In this document: piece after piece, positions 52,675 to 64,000 of the stretch
How positions within the stretch are numbered: the stretch's first letter is position 1
How the letters are laid out: each line of letters begins with the position of its first letter
Assembly (NCBI RefSeq): GCF_006345805.1
Contig: NC_043001.1
Span: 126,480,001-126,544,000 of the forward strand
Origin: Octopus sinensis
Taxonomy: Eukaryota
Direction of reading: 5' to 3'
Length of the DNA stretch: 64,000 nucleotides
Position numbers and translations under genes: made by a program
Notes under the pieces: generated by a model
Databases searched by the model: none
What the model was told of the DNA's origin: nothing
The model's input: only the letters and a program-made list of their open reading frames with translations

Positions 52675-53088
52675 ACTCGTTTACACGTTTACTTGTTTCA
52701 GTCATTTGACTGCGGCCATGCTGGAGCACCGCCTTTAATCGAGCAAATCGACCCCGGGACTTATTCTTTGTAAGCCCAGTACTTATTCTATCGGTCTCTC
52801 TTGCCGAACCGCTAAGTGACGGGGACGTAAACACACCAGCATCGGTTGTCAAGCAATGCTAGAGGGACAAACACAGACACATAAGCATATACACACGCAT
52901 ACACACACATATATATATACATATATACAACAGGCTTCTTTCAGTTTCCGTCTACCAAATCCACTCACAAGGCTTTGGTCGGCCCGAGGCTATAGCAGAA
53001 GACACTTGCCCAAGATGCCACGCAGTGGGACTGAACCCGGAAGCATGTGGTTGGTAAGCAAGCTACTTACCACACAGACACTCCTGCG

Positions 53089-53090
<2 letters not shown>
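52675..53090 (-). mobile_element. Full-length SINE family A
   Basis: Closely similar to 4066-4479. Confidence 0.9.
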
Positions 53091-53144
<54 letters not shown>

Positions 53145-53218
53145 TATATGTATGTATGTATGTATGTATACATATATATGTATTAAGAAGAAGAAGGGGA
53201 CAGTCAGAATTTTGAATA

Positions 53219-53260
53219 ATTATTAGCGCTTTCGTTCGTTCAGCCAACTCTTCAAACTAT
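53219..53260 (-). ncRNA. Degenerate compact hammerhead
   Basis: auagu-UUGAAGA-GUUGG-cugaa-CGAAC-GAAA-GCGC-UA-auaau. Palindromic stem III AGCGCU, CUA site, C3-to-U change. Confidence 0.5.
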
Positions 53261-53364
53261 CTTGAAAAGTTCGATTGTCCGGACTACCACGTTCTTCTTA
53301 ATATACAATATCTGTACACCACTTCAACAACTACACACACACACACATATATAAATAATGTAGG

Positions 53365-53485
53365 AGGCTTATTAGCAATATAAAACCTAAAGGCGAATTT
53401 AGAAATGTCACCAAAGTGACAAGGGTACGAGTTTTGCTAGAGATAAGAGTCAAAGCAACTGATTAGCCACAAAAAGCACTAACTC
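53365..53485. mobile_element. Partial third copy of the 43648-44478 repeat family (no HHR)
   Basis: GGCTTATTAGCAAT...AACCTAAA...AAAGTGACA...TTTTGCTA...ATAAGAGT.AAAGCAACTG...GCCACAAAA. Confidence 0.7.
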
Positions 53486-53569
53486 GTGCATGTACAGACA
53501 TAAAGATTATCTAAGAGTATAAAGAATATAAAACCAAGCATACAGAAAGATATGGAAGATATAGATAGG

Positions 53570-53611
<42 letters not shown>

Positions 53612-53645
53612 CATACATACATACATACATACATACATACATACA

Positions 53646-53676
<31 letters not shown>

Positions 53677-53677
53677 C

Positions 53678-53708
<31 letters not shown>

Positions 53709-53990
53709 TCTATAATTATAAGCATAATCATAATTAGGGTTCAGCAAATTGCTTCACCGAAATTTAGAAATAGCAGTTAAATACTATTTCTCTACCATAA
53801 GATATCTCCCAGACAGTAATATTATTAATTCACATAGGTAAATATAATCATAGAATTTTTGTATAAGGCTACCGATAAAGGCTATTTTAACATACCGAAC
53901 TACTTGGTAAAATTATTAATTATTATTTAATTAATTATACCCTTTATTATTATAATATATATATATATATGTGTGTGTATGTGTGTGTGT

Positions 53991-54024
<34 letters not shown>

Positions 54025-54027
<3 letters not shown>

Positions 54028-54321
54028 GTGAGAGGACATGGTTTGGTGATTAGGGTGCTGCAATCTCTATCTAGGGATCGTGATTCCAATTCCTAGACCG
54101 GGTCGTGCATTGTGCTCGTGGGCAAAACACTTCATCTCGCATTGCTCTTCAATCATTTCCACACCTGACGCGTGGCACACCTTGTACCTGTTCAGACAAC
54201 GTCGATTCGATGGAGACACTGAGCTTCTGTGCGGCACGAACATTTGATCACTATAAGCAAATCATTTGTACAGGTTGTTCGGCAAATGCTGAACACGCAA
54301 ACGTCGTCTTCAACGGGAGAG

Positions 54322-54325
<4 letters not shown>
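54025..54325 (+). mobile_element. tRNA-derived SINE, family C-like head with a distinct tail
   Basis: CATGGTTTGGTGATTAGGGTG...CAATTCCTAGACCGGG...GCAAAACACTTCAT. Confidence 0.6.
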
Positions 54326-54400
<75 letters not shown>

Positions 54401-54722
54401 CATTCACTTATATATAGAGAAGATATGAGCGTGCGTTCGCTTGTACGTGTGTGACAAGGATCTGCAGAACTTCTCTCGAATTTACTTGAAAGCGAATTTG
54501 ATAAAGAGATGACGTATATATATAAGCTTTATATCTCCTATTAAATAACTCCATGCCTTAAACTAAATTACACCCACTGAGAAAACCAATACCCACTGCA
54601 AATAAATTCCTTTATGAAACTTCTAACATACACCCAACAAAATACAAACTAAAAGTCGTACATATAAACTGGGACTGATTCTATATTTGTGTATATATAT
54701 ATGCATATATATATATATATAT

Positions 54723-54773
<51 letters not shown>

Positions 54774-54796
54774 ATATATATACATGCATATATATA

Positions 54797-54838
<42 letters not shown>

Positions 54839-55346
54839 GTGTATACATATATTGATATATACATATGTATACATTTATGTCAACGTGTATGCATCTATGA
54901 ATACGATTATATATATAGAAACACATTTGCAAACATATATACTCATATGTATATGTATTTGTGTAAATGGCGGCCTGCGGGTGGATCACGCAAATGGGCG
55001 TACAAAAAAGACGCCAGTTTATTTTTTCATCTGAGAAGAAAAGCAGATTTCTAAAGATCGGCTATAACCACTTTCTCTCAATTTCATTGACAAGCACACT
55101 CCTTTCAAATAAATCAATAATATCTCGGCTAACCTGTCAGAAGACGTTGTCCTCTGATAGTCACGGGCCATTATGCCACATAACTTCCAATAGAAAATAA
55201 AACATACCGCCCTCTCCGTCCACATATTGTGAGCACGCTGTACATTACTTATATATGCGTGTATATAGAGATGTGCATGTGTATATGCTTATATATGTGT
55301 CAACATGTATGTATACATAAATGTATATATATATCTGTATATATGT

Positions 55347-55383
<37 letters not shown>

Positions 55384-55920
55384 TAGTATATATATATTAT
55401 ATATATATATATTATTATATATATATATATATATAATATATATATATATAATATATATATATATATATGCATGTATGTATATATGTATGTATGTATATAT
55501 ATTTATACATATATACATATATGATGTGTTGTTCCTGAGTGAGTAGTGTTTGAGGTTGCCCTTGTTTATTCTATGTTGACAATATCTTTTACCCAAATTC
55601 TCGTATCCTAAAGTTCAACAAAGACACCCAGAAGCTGGAATTATTTATGTTATTTACACACACAGACGCACACACACACACACACACACACCACACACAC
55701 ACACGCACGCACTCACGCACACCCACATATACGTACGCACACACGTACACATACTCTTTTATCTTTTCCGTCCTGCTTTTTATCTGTTTTTCCTCTTATC
55801 CATTCATATACATACGCCTATGTTCTTATATTTGTATACGTGTGTGCATATATATAAATACACATATATATATGCATATACATATGCGTTTACTAATATG
55901 TGTGTGTGTGCATGTGCGTA

Positions 55921-55980
<60 letters not shown>

Positions 55981-56808
55981 TATGTATATATATTTATATT
56001 ATATAGAGGGCACTATATAATATAAATAAATATTTTCAAGTTGAAAAAATTTACGGATTTTTTTCTCTTACGAGGTTTTTTCACGCTAACTACTTGATAA
56101 TTTCTTATGAAGATTTTATCCTATTTTAAAATTTATATATATATATAATATATATATATATACTCACACACATATATATATAGTTAGATTGATAGATATA
56201 TATGCTTAGCTGCATATAAATATTCCTACATGCATATAATATATATACATGCATACATATGTACATACATACATACATACATACATACATACACTCACAC
56301 ACACACACACACACACATATATGTATATATACACATGGGTATAAATACATATATACATATACATAACTGTATCGGTGTGTTCATACATATAAGCACGCAT
56401 GTCTAATTTATGAGCATACAATACAGACGACTGTGTGATATTTTCTATACACTCTCATAACAATCACAATTCTATGCAGATATACATATATTACATATAC
56501 AATCAGTCGGATTTGAAACTCGGTGTATATATTTACATATATAAACTTATATATTCATCCATACAGACTTGCATACATACATACATATTTACATACATCT
56601 CTAAATAAATTGCATAGCTACACACATACATACTCCCATGCGTACATACACACGCAGCTATTTCGTTTCCTCTTTATTTTCTCAAGTACACTAGTTGTTT
56701 TTTTCTTCTCTTTTATAATTTTTTATTTCCCTGCAACCAAAATGCTTACAACAACAAAAAAAGAAAACAACAGCAACATCAGCAACAACAATAAATAGTA
56801 ATGATAAC

Positions 56809-56809
<1 letters not shown>

Positions 56810-56862
<53 letters not shown>

Positions 56863-56984
56863 GATGGTGGTGGTGGTGGTGGTGGTGATGTTGTTGTTGG
56901 TGGTGGTGGTGGTGGTGGTGATGTTGTTGTTGTTGGTGGTGGTGGTGGTGGTGATAGTAGTAGTAGTAGTAGTGGTGCTGGTGT

Positions 56985-57032
<48 letters not shown>

Positions 57033-57050
57033 CAGTAGTAGTAGTAGTAA
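56810..57050. repeat. (TAG)/(TGG)/(TTG) compound microsatellite
   Basis: Directly visible; source of the poly-V and poly-P ORFs. Confidence 0.95.
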
Positions 57051-57585
57051 AAATAATAACAATAATATGGTGTCATGTGACACGTTCACAATAGCTGGTG
57101 ATATAAAGGTGAGAGCCGCAAAAGTCCTGAAGTTATCCGCGCCGTGTACAATATCCAATTACATACATAGCTTAGACGTCGTTCTCTGTCACAAAACGCC
57201 CAACTGTCTCTATAAAAATAGAATGGCTAAAGCTTATGAAAACACAAGTCGTAATGGAGGAAATCCTGTCTTTACAAGATTTACAAGGACGACAAATGTG
57301 GACTACTAATGTCCGCCTATTCAATACCTCTTTTCTGTTTGAACAAAGGTTAATAGTTGTGACCTGTAGAATACACAATTAAAGAGGACTGAAATAAAAT
57401 ACATTGAAAGAAAAGAAAAATATGAAAACCAAAAAAAAAAAGAAATATACACCCCCTACAACCCCCACACACACATATACATGTGTGTGTGTGCGAGTAT
57501 AAATATATGTGTATATATTTGCACCCTTAGTCACTTTTAGTGACGATTATATACACACATGCACGCACACACACTCATATATATA

Positions 57586-57621
<36 letters not shown>

Positions 57622-57881
57622 TGCATGTATGCATATATTCTTGCAGGTTATTTTCATATGATGTATCTATGTATGTAAACATATATATATATATACATTT
57701 ATATAAGTGTATACATACATACATACATATATACATGCATGCATGCATACATACATACATACATACATACATACATACATACATGCATGCATGCATGCAT
57801 ACATACATACATACATACATACATACATACATACATACATACATACATACATACATACATACATACATGCAAACATACATA

Positions 57882-59100
57882 TATGGTCTAAAATTCACAC
57901 CAACTCCTAAATCCAGCACAACAGACTTTATAACAGATACTGAAGAATTCTACAGAAGACTTCGCCCACGGGAGTTCTTTCCTAACAATGGCAACGATGA
58001 TCTACCGTTTTTGCAGAATAAAACAGATTTTAAACCTCCGATAAATAGAAACAAACACCTGGTGGAATATATAATATGCCTGAAAAGGTCTGCTAATTCA
58101 AACATTCCAACAAACCCTTTAAAACAAAATATTACAGATGAGGGGCAAAAATCATTAGAATCCTCAAGATTAATCTATAATCAATAAAGAAGCTGACAAA
58201 GGAGGTGCCATTGTAATAATGGACAAGACTCATTGCAGGGAAATAGTCTTAGAACAATTCAGTGACCAACAATTCTACAGAAGACTAGATAGCAATGCAG
58301 ATAAACGAACTAGGAGCAAAACTGGCAAATTTATCAACAAATTCAAGGATGAGTTAACAAAAAAGGAATTGAAATACCTAACCATTTTGAAGTGGAAACA
58401 AGTAATTTTTATGGACTTCCTGAAATCCATAAATCCAAACAGATCAGCAACAGCTTAAAAGATCTCCATACTCTATATATAAAGATTCCCTAACCAAATG
58501 ATCTCAAATTGCATCTGATTGTTGCAGGACCAGCATCCAGTACCCAAAGATTAAGCAACTTGCTGGACATAATTTGAAAAACCTTTATGTAGATTAGTTC
58601 CCAGTTTCATCAGAGATGACATGGACTTCTTAAATCCTATACCAGAACAGGCAGATAAAGAGACAGTACTAGTAAGCTTTGACGTAACTAGTCTCTACGC
58701 AAATATCTACAGCATCACATGCCCACAATGCAAAGAAAACTACATTTTTATACCCCTCTCTCTATCAGCCCCGTATTCCTTCTATCTTTTTACACTCTAA
58801 TACCTTTCTTTATCACCCTCATCTCCCCATTTCTACTTTCAAATTATCTTGACTGACCACTAACTGGTACACTTTCCCTTATTATCTCTCTCCTTGTTTT
58901 TCTTTTTTGTTTCTTTTCTTGATCATGTTTTTCAGATGAAGATGCCCGAAGAAGTGATCTAACAATAAAAAATATTATTGCATATTTCTATATATTGAAG
59001 GTATTACATAACATTGTAAGAGATATGAAATTTTTAAAAAATCGTTCGTTTACGGAAACGATCGTAGCGTCGATTTGATTTCACCTTTCTTGGTTTAGAT
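57882..59100 (+). mobile_element. Internally deleted Penelope-like element: RT N-terminus, small EN remnant, 3' UTR with HHR-like motif
   Basis: GLKFTPTP; IKEADKGGAIVIMDK; VAGPASSTQRLSNLLDII; LVSFDVTSLYANI fused to YSITCPQCKENYI; pyrimidine-rich UTR; augc-CCGAAGA...GAAAC-GAUC-GUA-gcgu at 58942-59070. Confidence 0.9.
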
Positions 59101-59309
59101 CATCATCATCCTCATCCTCATCCTCCTCCTCCTCCTCATCATCATCATCATCATTATTGTGTATATATGTGTGTGCATATATATATATGTATAGGTTCCC
59201 TTAATGAGAAAGTGCATAATACCGTAGTAGAATGTAATAGTTTATTTAAGCTGATCCAAAAGCCTGTCACTCAGGGCTTTAAATTAAAAAGTTACCTTTT
59301 CGAGTCACG

Positions 59310-59510
59310 CCGAATCATAAGGGCCGGTTTCTCGGTTCCATGGCGTATAAATTTCACACCTGGATGGGACGCCGGTCCGTCGAAGGATTACTCATTTTTG
59401 TCAGCAACATGAAATGAAGTATTTTGCTCAAAACACAACGCGTCGCCCGGTCTAGGAATCGAAACCACAATCTTACGATCAGGAGTCAACCACCCTAACC
59501 ACCAAACTAC
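59310..59510 (-). mobile_element. SINE family C
   Basis: Colinear with 61225-61465. Confidence 0.85.
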
Positions 59511-59573
59511 GCTCCTCTACTAACACCGAGCTTTACCTGCTCCTCTACTAACACCGAGCTTTACCTGCTCCTC
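59511..59573. repeat. 28-bp tandem duplication (2.25 copies)
   Basis: GCTCCTCTACTAACACCGAGCTTTACCT twice, exact, plus GCTCCTC. Confidence 0.9.
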
Positions 59574-60126
59574 AATCTATCCCAGTCCAAGGAACCGTCA
59601 AAAAGTAGGGGTAAACTTTACAATAACAGGTTATTATATTCTGATGAAAATGATATTTAAATATTCTATACAATATTTGTATAACATTTCAATATTAATA
59701 TTTCATAACGAATAATGAATCCTATTGGTTAATTGTTATGTGGCTTATATGTTACCTATTAATTATTTGTTACTCGGTTACATTCAGTCCTGTATAAACT
59801 GGTATACGGATGTGTTGTCGGCGACTAAACTGGCTATCCTAACAAGTACCGAAAAGTATTGATGGACACTCTATGAGATAAAAGGCAAAATCTATGATAA
59901 TCAACAGTTATCGAATTGTATGCATTTGTGCACGTTTCAGATGGAAATTATGTCTATAAACGTGATAACCAGCAGTGCCATTGTGCAACGCACACATCAG
60001 AGGCGAGTGAGACATATAGATCACATTGTTTATCCCATTGTACACCGGTTGTCTCGACGATAGTAACATTAGAGCAGAAAGTTAGAATTAATAGAGCAAA
60101 ACTGCTCATCTGGCGCAGCCCTACCT

Positions 60127-60280
60127 CTCTATAATCCATCGTCTTCGAATCACAAGCAGATGATACATCTTTCGTTGAGCGGGTCAGATTATCGCACATA
60201 TCTGCCTCTATAATCCAACATCTTCGAAACACAAGCAGATGTTAGCTCTTTCGTTGAGCCGGTCAGTTTATTGCACATAT
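60127..60280. repeat. 79-bp diverged tandem duplication
   Basis: CTCTATAATCCA at 60127 and 60206, with colinear CACAAGCAGATG...TCTTTCGTTGAGC. Confidence 0.85.
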
Positions 60281-60404
60281 ACGACTTGTGTCTCTGCGAC
60301 ACCCAATTATTTCACATTAATTCAAGCCACCTGTTGTTATCATTTTCATTGGAGTGTTGCACAAGAGTCGGAATTTAATATTTTATTCATAGAAATCTCT
60401 TAAA

Positions 60405-60560
60405 GGCAGCGAACTGCCGGAATCGTTAGCATGTCAGGCAAAATGCTTAGTGGTCTGTCTTCCATTTTAGCATTCTGAGTTCAAATGACACCGAGATCAA
60501 CGTTGCTTTCCATCCTTTCCTGGGTCTATAAAATATGTACCAGTTGAACACTGAGTCAAA
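60405..60560 (+). mobile_element. SINE family B
   Basis: GGCAGCGAACTGCCGGAATCGTTAGC...TCTGAGTTCAAAT...CTTTCCATCCTTTCC...GTACCAG. Confidence 0.8.
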
Positions 60561-60602
60561 TTAAAAAAGAATTATTGGAGATGTCCTGTTTCGAACTGAG
60601 GC

Positions 60603-60730
60603 ATCTATAATAATAAAAGCGAAATTCTGTCTGTCCGTCTGGGACCCCTGTATCTCCGACCACATTCGCTCTACATTGACATATTATACCTTTTTGGAAT
60701 CAAGATGATCCCGGAATTGAAAATCTTCAT
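60603..60730 (+). mobile_element. Helitron-like 5' end
   Basis: A|TCTATAATAATAAAAGCGAAATTCTGTCTGTCCGTCTG, the same style of start as H1 and H2. Confidence 0.5.
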
Positions 60731-61224
60731 TTGGTTCTTGAACATCCAGCATTGGGATCTGATTTAAAAGTATTTGGGTTGCTATTTCTAGCAGGTAAAG
60801 CGTTGCTGACTCACGCCATCTTGGTTGGCATTTGTCAGATGATGTCAGAGATCAAAGGATGAGATAAATGACATTCGCTTCTTTAATTTTACGTCGAGAT
60901 GAAACCTTTAGGACAAATTGGCCAACTGGAACAATAGAATTATTGTATTACAGAATTAATTCAAATCCGTCTTTAATCTCTGATCAAACATAACAGGGTC
61001 ACATAGTCATTATAGACGTATAATAGTGATGCTATTTCGCTCTCTTTAGTTTGGGCCGCAAGTCCAATTATCACTCCACAGGAGTTAGCTTAAAATCCGC
61101 ACGGAGTGCAGCTTATAAGCTAGTGCTTTATAAACTATTCTAATAACATTCGACGAAAAATCTCCTTACAGTATCATTAATTAAACTTTTTTAAGTAGAT
61201 GCTGATTAAAAAATCCTTCCCACG

Positions 61225-61465
61225 TTATGCCGACTCATAAAGGCTGGTTTCCTGGTTTCCTGGTTTCTATGGCGTATAAATTCTCCACCTGGACGGGACG
61301 CCGGTCTGTCACAGAATTACTCATTTTTGCCAGCTGAAAAGAGTGATGTAACGTGAAATGAAGTGTCTTGCTCAAGAACACACCGCATCGCTCGGACCAG
61401 GAATCGAAACCACAATCATACGACCATGAGTGCAACATCTTAACCACTAAGCCACGTGTCTTCAC
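61225..61465 (-). mobile_element. SINE family C, near full length
   Basis: Minus: GTGGCTTAGTGGTTAAG (A box)...GGTTTCGATTCCTGG (B box)...AAAAATGAGTAA...CCGGCGTCCCGTCCAGG. Confidence 0.85.
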
Positions 61466-63739
61466 AGGAACTGATTCACCTCGTCTGAGATGGGAACAGT
61501 TCTACCACACTAAGAGGCATCATCCAATACACTTGTTTTAAAGTGTTTTACACAATATTTGTTACTGTCAGTTGGCTGTTTCCTGTATATGCAGAATCTC
61601 TCTTAAATCACTCCTCACCGTATTAGAAAGGGATACGGTACATTGGGTAATGTTGTGTGGTACTGAATTCCCTACACACTGAAAGAAAACGGATAAGTCA
61701 AGATTGGAAAGCCTTAGATTCTAAATTTTTCTATCAAGTTTTACTACAATTATGGACATAAAAAGGCAATATTAAAAATATATTTCAAGATATTTGCCCA
61801 GATCAGTTATCACATCTAACAATTCAGATAGCGTTATGAGCCAAAGTAAGCTTACCGGCAGGAAAAATTACGCTATTGTTTTGTATTTTTTTTTAAATGT
61901 CCTTTTTTTAATGGGTGGTCTTGAGAAAATGGTTGTATCCTAGGTATTCACAAGTCCTTCTGAGACCACTGAGATTGATACAGCTGATTTTCTTATTGAA
62001 CAACAAAAACATGCGGAAAAAGAGGGAATTCAGAAGGGAAACGTTAAAAGGATGAAGTGTTGGACTTGTGGTTTGTTACGGATGTGGGAGAGAAGACACA
62101 TTATGACTAACAAGAGGAAGAAGGACGAATGAATTGGGGAGGCTTTGGTGGAGGTCTATGTTTTATTGCAATCAGGCCACTCACTATTTTCTTAATGAAA
62201 CTTGATTTCCTGACGAACAGAATTTGTTATAATCTTACAAAGCGTTCTGAATAGCAACGAGTGTTGATTAGGAAGCTGAGCTGAGTTCCAATGGAAGAAA
62301 GCCCGATATTCCCTGCCAATGAAGGTCTCTTGGAAACTATTATCGCTACCCTGGGTTGACACAAAACCACTCAATCACATTGCACACTATAAAGTATATT
62401 AGTGCATGTCTGGATGAACAGAAATGCTTGTCAGCCGGGATGTATTTGGAGCTATAGATCTCTGATATGTACATAGTTTTATTAAACAGCTACCTTCCTA
62501 CCACGATTATGTCTGTTTACTGGATCAGAGATAAGCTACACAACATTATTACTAATACTCAAAGAGTTACTTCAAAGAAATAAAACATCGAGAGCTCTAG
62601 GTGAGTTCCCAGCCTTTTTACAAACAACGAAATCTTTTGTTTACGTAAAAGAACCCCAGGTTTTTGAAAGGTCACTCTATTCATTTAAGCCCACCATTAT
62701 TATCTTTGGTGACCTGTAGTGGTCCGCCAACGTCAAGCTGGAAACCGCTGCTTTATGTTATCGCTCAATCTTCTTGAAATAGCAACAGAATAACCATCAA
62801 ATCACGCCATACAGCGACAGTTTTTAATGTTTTTCTAACTACACTGTATTAGGAAATAAAAGCATTTGGACACACCCACATCTTTTACAAGTTCTATTTT
62901 AGATACATAAAGAAAAGGTAATTATTTAACTTCTACTTTAACGTATTGCACCTTGTTGCAATGAAGTACACACGTACTGGCATGGGACATTCAAAACACT
63001 CAAGATGTCTAAATATCCTGCTGTTTTCCGAATCTTTTGAAAACCTCGCGGCACACCTGCAGGCTATACTCAGCACAGTGGTTGGAAATTTCTGCTACAC
63101 AGTTTAAATTATATGAAGGATATATTAAAAGGTATTGTACTGTCTACGCTGTCTGGTATACATAAGAAACATGAGATGGTCATTTCTGGAATGTCTTTGA
63201 TCACGGATTTGCCCGATCAAAGATGACCTGGGGCTAAACAACAATTAGAATGGCAATAATAACACAAGAAACAAAAATCAGAAGCAATGTCCCTTTATGG
63301 CTTTTGCAGTTAAGAAAATAGTCACATACACGTATACGCATATGAACACATACATACATACATACATACATACATACATACATACATACATACATACATA
63401 CATACACATACGCATATCTCAACAATGTCTTTTCCATTACGTACTGTTGTTTCTAATAGAAATTGCAGCTGGACGTTTTTATTTCATTTTATTTCAATTA
63501 CAAAACAATAAAATGAGAAATACAGAATTAGAAATAAAGAAACAAAGAAAGAAAGAAGGAAAGAGAGAAAGAAAGAAGGAAAGAAGAAAGAAAGAAGGAA
63601 AGAAGAAAGAAAATCCTCACAAAAGCTGGAATAAAACTAAAACAGAAATATGTAGCTTTATTTCCTTCCTTCCTTCCCTTCTATCTTGATCAGGATTTAC
63701 TTTGCATAAATTTTAGGCTGGTTTATTTTGCTTAAAAAC

Positions 63740-63755
63740 AACACCAACAATGATG

Positions 63756-63800
<45 letters not shown>

Positions 63801-63809
63801 TAATAATAA

Positions 63810-63847
<38 letters not shown>

Positions 63848-63918
63848 ATAATAATAATAATAATAATAATAGTAATAGTAATAATAATAATATAATAATA
63901 TTAATAATAGTAATCATA

Positions 63919-63950
<32 letters not shown>

Positions 63951-64000
63951 TTAATAATAGTAATAGTAATCATAATAATAATAATATTAATAGTAATAGT
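63740..64000. repeat. (TAA)n/(TTA)n compound microsatellite
   Basis: Directly visible. Confidence 0.95.

Noticed and set aside
54967-55225. Protein-like minus frame VSRDIIDLFERSVLVNEIERKW and nearby splice-like sites
   Set aside because: Short, weak donor and several alternative parses; cannot be separated from chance.
57067-57378. Overlapping 80-aa (+) and 68-aa (-) ORFs, plus a 43-nt AG/GT-bounded minus segment with a vaguely lectin-like W..C...YVC
   Set aside because: Cys spacing does not fit a C-type lectin domain and nothing independent supports it.
59511-59573. 28-bp direct repeats of CRISPR-like length
   Set aside because: The copies are adjacent with no spacers, there are only 2.25 copies, no cas genes, and the context is eukaryotic.

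Overview
AT-rich, microsatellite-saturated eukaryotic DNA. It is not prokaryotic and contains no CRISPR array, rRNA or intact tRNA gene. The recurring tRNA-derived SINE families and the (TA)n/(TACA)n/(TAGA)n/(TAA)n tracts point to an octopus genome (inference from repeat families recalled from memory). Almost all supplied ORFs are translations of microsatellites. The recognisable content is mostly decayed mobile DNA: Tc1/mariner relics (DD37E TRT-like, maT/DD37D-like, DD34D mariner), a Chapaev3-like fragment, RTE, L1/Tx1-like and R4/Dong-like LINE pieces, two Penelope-like (GIY-YIG) retroelements, a Helitron cluster and more than 20 SINE copies. The main unannotated signal is about a dozen minimal type I hammerhead-ribozyme (HHR) motifs on both strands. 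Three or four have a complete catalytic core (5704-5792, 14381-14429, 44286-44339, 7248-7318). One HHR sits in a 313-336-nt retrozyme-like unit that forms a divergent inverted dimer (43648-44478). Other highlights are a 25-bp pre-miRNA-like hairpin (50588-50649) and a few splice-site-bounded, phase-compatible minus-strand candidate exons of an unknown host gene that the ORF track misses. All assignments were made by eye; no database search or folding software was run.
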